Positions 62,377 through 64,000 of a stretch of DNA of 64,000 bases are shown piece after piece. The DNA comes from Lepidodermella squamata (taxonomy: Eukaryota; Animalia; Gastrotricha). Position 1 is the stretch's first letter. The number at the start of each line of letters is the position of its first letter. The DNA lies in NCBI GenBank assembly GCA_047495785.1, contig JBLDXI010000017.1:2046001-2110000 (forward strand), read 5' to 3'. The notes beneath the pieces are model-generated. The model had not been told where the DNA came from and searched no databases. It was given only the letters and a program-made list of their open reading frames with translations. The position numbers and the translations under genes are program-made.

Positions 62377-63252
62377 TTAAAAGCTGAAAAAGTGGTGGCT
62401 GATGACATCCTTTTGGCGAGAGCACAGCTGGCAGGTCTCACGACACCACCAATGCATGCCGTCCTTGAGGTTAGGCGGCAAGTTGTACGTAGCGATCGCG
62501 TCAGCGTTGTTGGGCGTAACGATATCTTGGCAATGCTTGTATTCCGTTCCGTCCGAACGCGTCGACGTAGCAGCAACGAACTCAGTTGTCTTCAATTCGT
62601 CCTTCCACTTCTCACAAATCGTCGAATTAGAGGCCTCGTCGACGTATTCGTCCTGCGCAGCATCCTCCGCATTTTCGCACACTAAACATAAAATTATGTT
62701 TGAAAACAATTCCACTATTATTTAGTTATTACCGAACAAATGCTCCAAAACCGCATTGACTTCCAGCCACCTGTCGATATCAACATCAACAGAGTGTTGA
62801 GCGACTTTCCCGATGAGCGAGCTATCGGTGATTCGGTTATTTACTGAAGAAAATAGGGAATATAAAAATATTGCACGTTTTATTGGGAATAAATTACGAA
62901 ATTTCTCCGAATCGCTGATGACGCTAGCTGGAACTTTCGGGTTTTTATGAAGATCGCAATTGAAGCAAGTTTTAGGGCAGTTGTGCCACAAGTTCTCCAA
63001 CAACTTGAAAACAATGGTTTTTTTCTCCGAGGATGAGCTCATCGAACGGTAGAAACCATCGCAGCCGCGCCGCTCGCTCGTCGTACTCTCCAAATATCGG
63101 CACCAATCCGCTGCAATAGCATTATCTTCGCACGTATTGCCTGCTGCCGGCTTCTCTTCCTTCGCAGCGCCTTCGATCTCTACTTCTTGAGAGAAAATCG
63201 AAGTCAGACCAGAAATGAGGATGAGACACCACAGACCACACAGTCGCGGCAT
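62377..63252 (-). CDS. secreted protein with two loop-expanded ShK-like domains (paralog B); exons 62898-63252, 62733-62843, 62377-62681
   Basis: Signal peptide MPRLCGLWCLILISGLTSIFS. Domains end in CPKTCFNC and CRETCQLC. Shares IV.KLL.N.W.NCPK.CF.C and WWC..C..C with paralog A. Confidence 0.8.
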
Positions 63253-63450
63253 CGTGTTGTAGTTTTCCTGAATACCAACCCAAGGCGAAAGAAAATGAGG
63301 GAGCGAATAATATACGCTGCTGCGCGGGCCAAATATTCGCGTTAATGGCCTGGCTTTTTCGCCGAAGAGGAATGTTTTATGGCTGCGCGCGGCAGCATCG
63401 CAACTCCGTGCGCTTCCCGATCGCGGCCAACATTTTTATTGCCTCGGGTG

Positions 63451-63468
63451 CTCGCTACATTTGACAGG
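63451..63468. promoter_or_regulatory. conserved upstream motif of ShK-like paralog B
   Basis: CTCGCTACATTTGACAGG; contains an E-box (CATTTG) overlapping TGACAG. Confidence 0.45.
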
Positions 63469-64000
63469 CGCGGATATAATTAACCGCAAATGTCAAGTGA
63501 GTAAGCTCATAAAAAATCTACCGATTCTACATCATAAGAACAGTCAATGTGTATGCAATTTCAAAGGTGCCGATGTTGATGCGAAAATAACGATAATAAT
63601 AATAAGAAAAATAATTATTAGTTACCATAGCGTAAATTATTGAAAACAGAATCCAAGAAACTGACGGCTTTGTAGTTTTTCGCAATTTTGGGTGTTTTTG
63701 GAAACATAAGACTCACAGTACATGAAAATTAGAAGGCCGTGTAAAATTATACTAATTTGGTATAATATATTCACGTTTCCCGGTAAATATAATACTCATG
63801 AGGCGCGGTTACCACTGTTAAATTTCACCCTTGATAATATGTTGATTGTTTGTTTTCAGACTATTTGCCGCTGAGCACCCAAACTATCATCCGGGCTTGA
63901 ATAAATAGGTTGTTGATGGAAGGTGCGCACTTTGTGCACTGTTTTTTTTTTGCTAGCTTGGATCATCAGTCCATGAATATGATTACAAAGTACGAATTCA

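Noticed and set aside
1-64000. CRISPR array, rRNA or prokaryotic defence island
   Set aside because: The window has spliceosomal introns and animal genes throughout, with no regularly spaced direct repeats or rRNA-like sequence.

Overview
Eukaryotic (animal) genomic DNA from a compact, gene-dense genome with many ~50-70 nt GT-AG introns. The standard code reads cleanly, but I cannot name the species. Exon structures below were rebuilt by hand from splice sites and reading frame. Housekeeping genes: PLAA (intronless), CPSF2 (6 exons), WDR26 (9 exons, minus) and a fused EPRS (9 exons, 2 WHEP repeats). Accessory genes: (1) an intronless DUF4062-NACHT/STAND ATPase whose C-terminus has the 12-ligand Cys/His pattern of the PHF5A/Rds3 triple zinc knot; (2) a MACPF-LDLa-C-type lectin-LDLa gene and (3) a divergent class A GPCR, both nested antisense in CPSF2 introns; (4) a second paralog of that GPCR; (5) an astacin with one active and one catalytically dead protease domain; (6) a probably secreted cereblon-type CULT-only protein; (7) two tandem secreted proteins with loop-expanded ShK-like domains. 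Very short same-strand gene gaps (121-229 bp) with splice acceptors just before ATGs suggest operons with SL trans-splicing (inference). Mobile DNA: a 5'-truncated CR1/L2-like LINE, an internally deleted Ty3/Gypsy remnant and many MITE-like inverted repeats. The most novel-looking items are the NACHT-PHF5-like fusion, the antisense nested MACPF-lectin/GPCR unit in CPSF2, and a candidate alternative acceptor that would give a GluRS-only EPRS.
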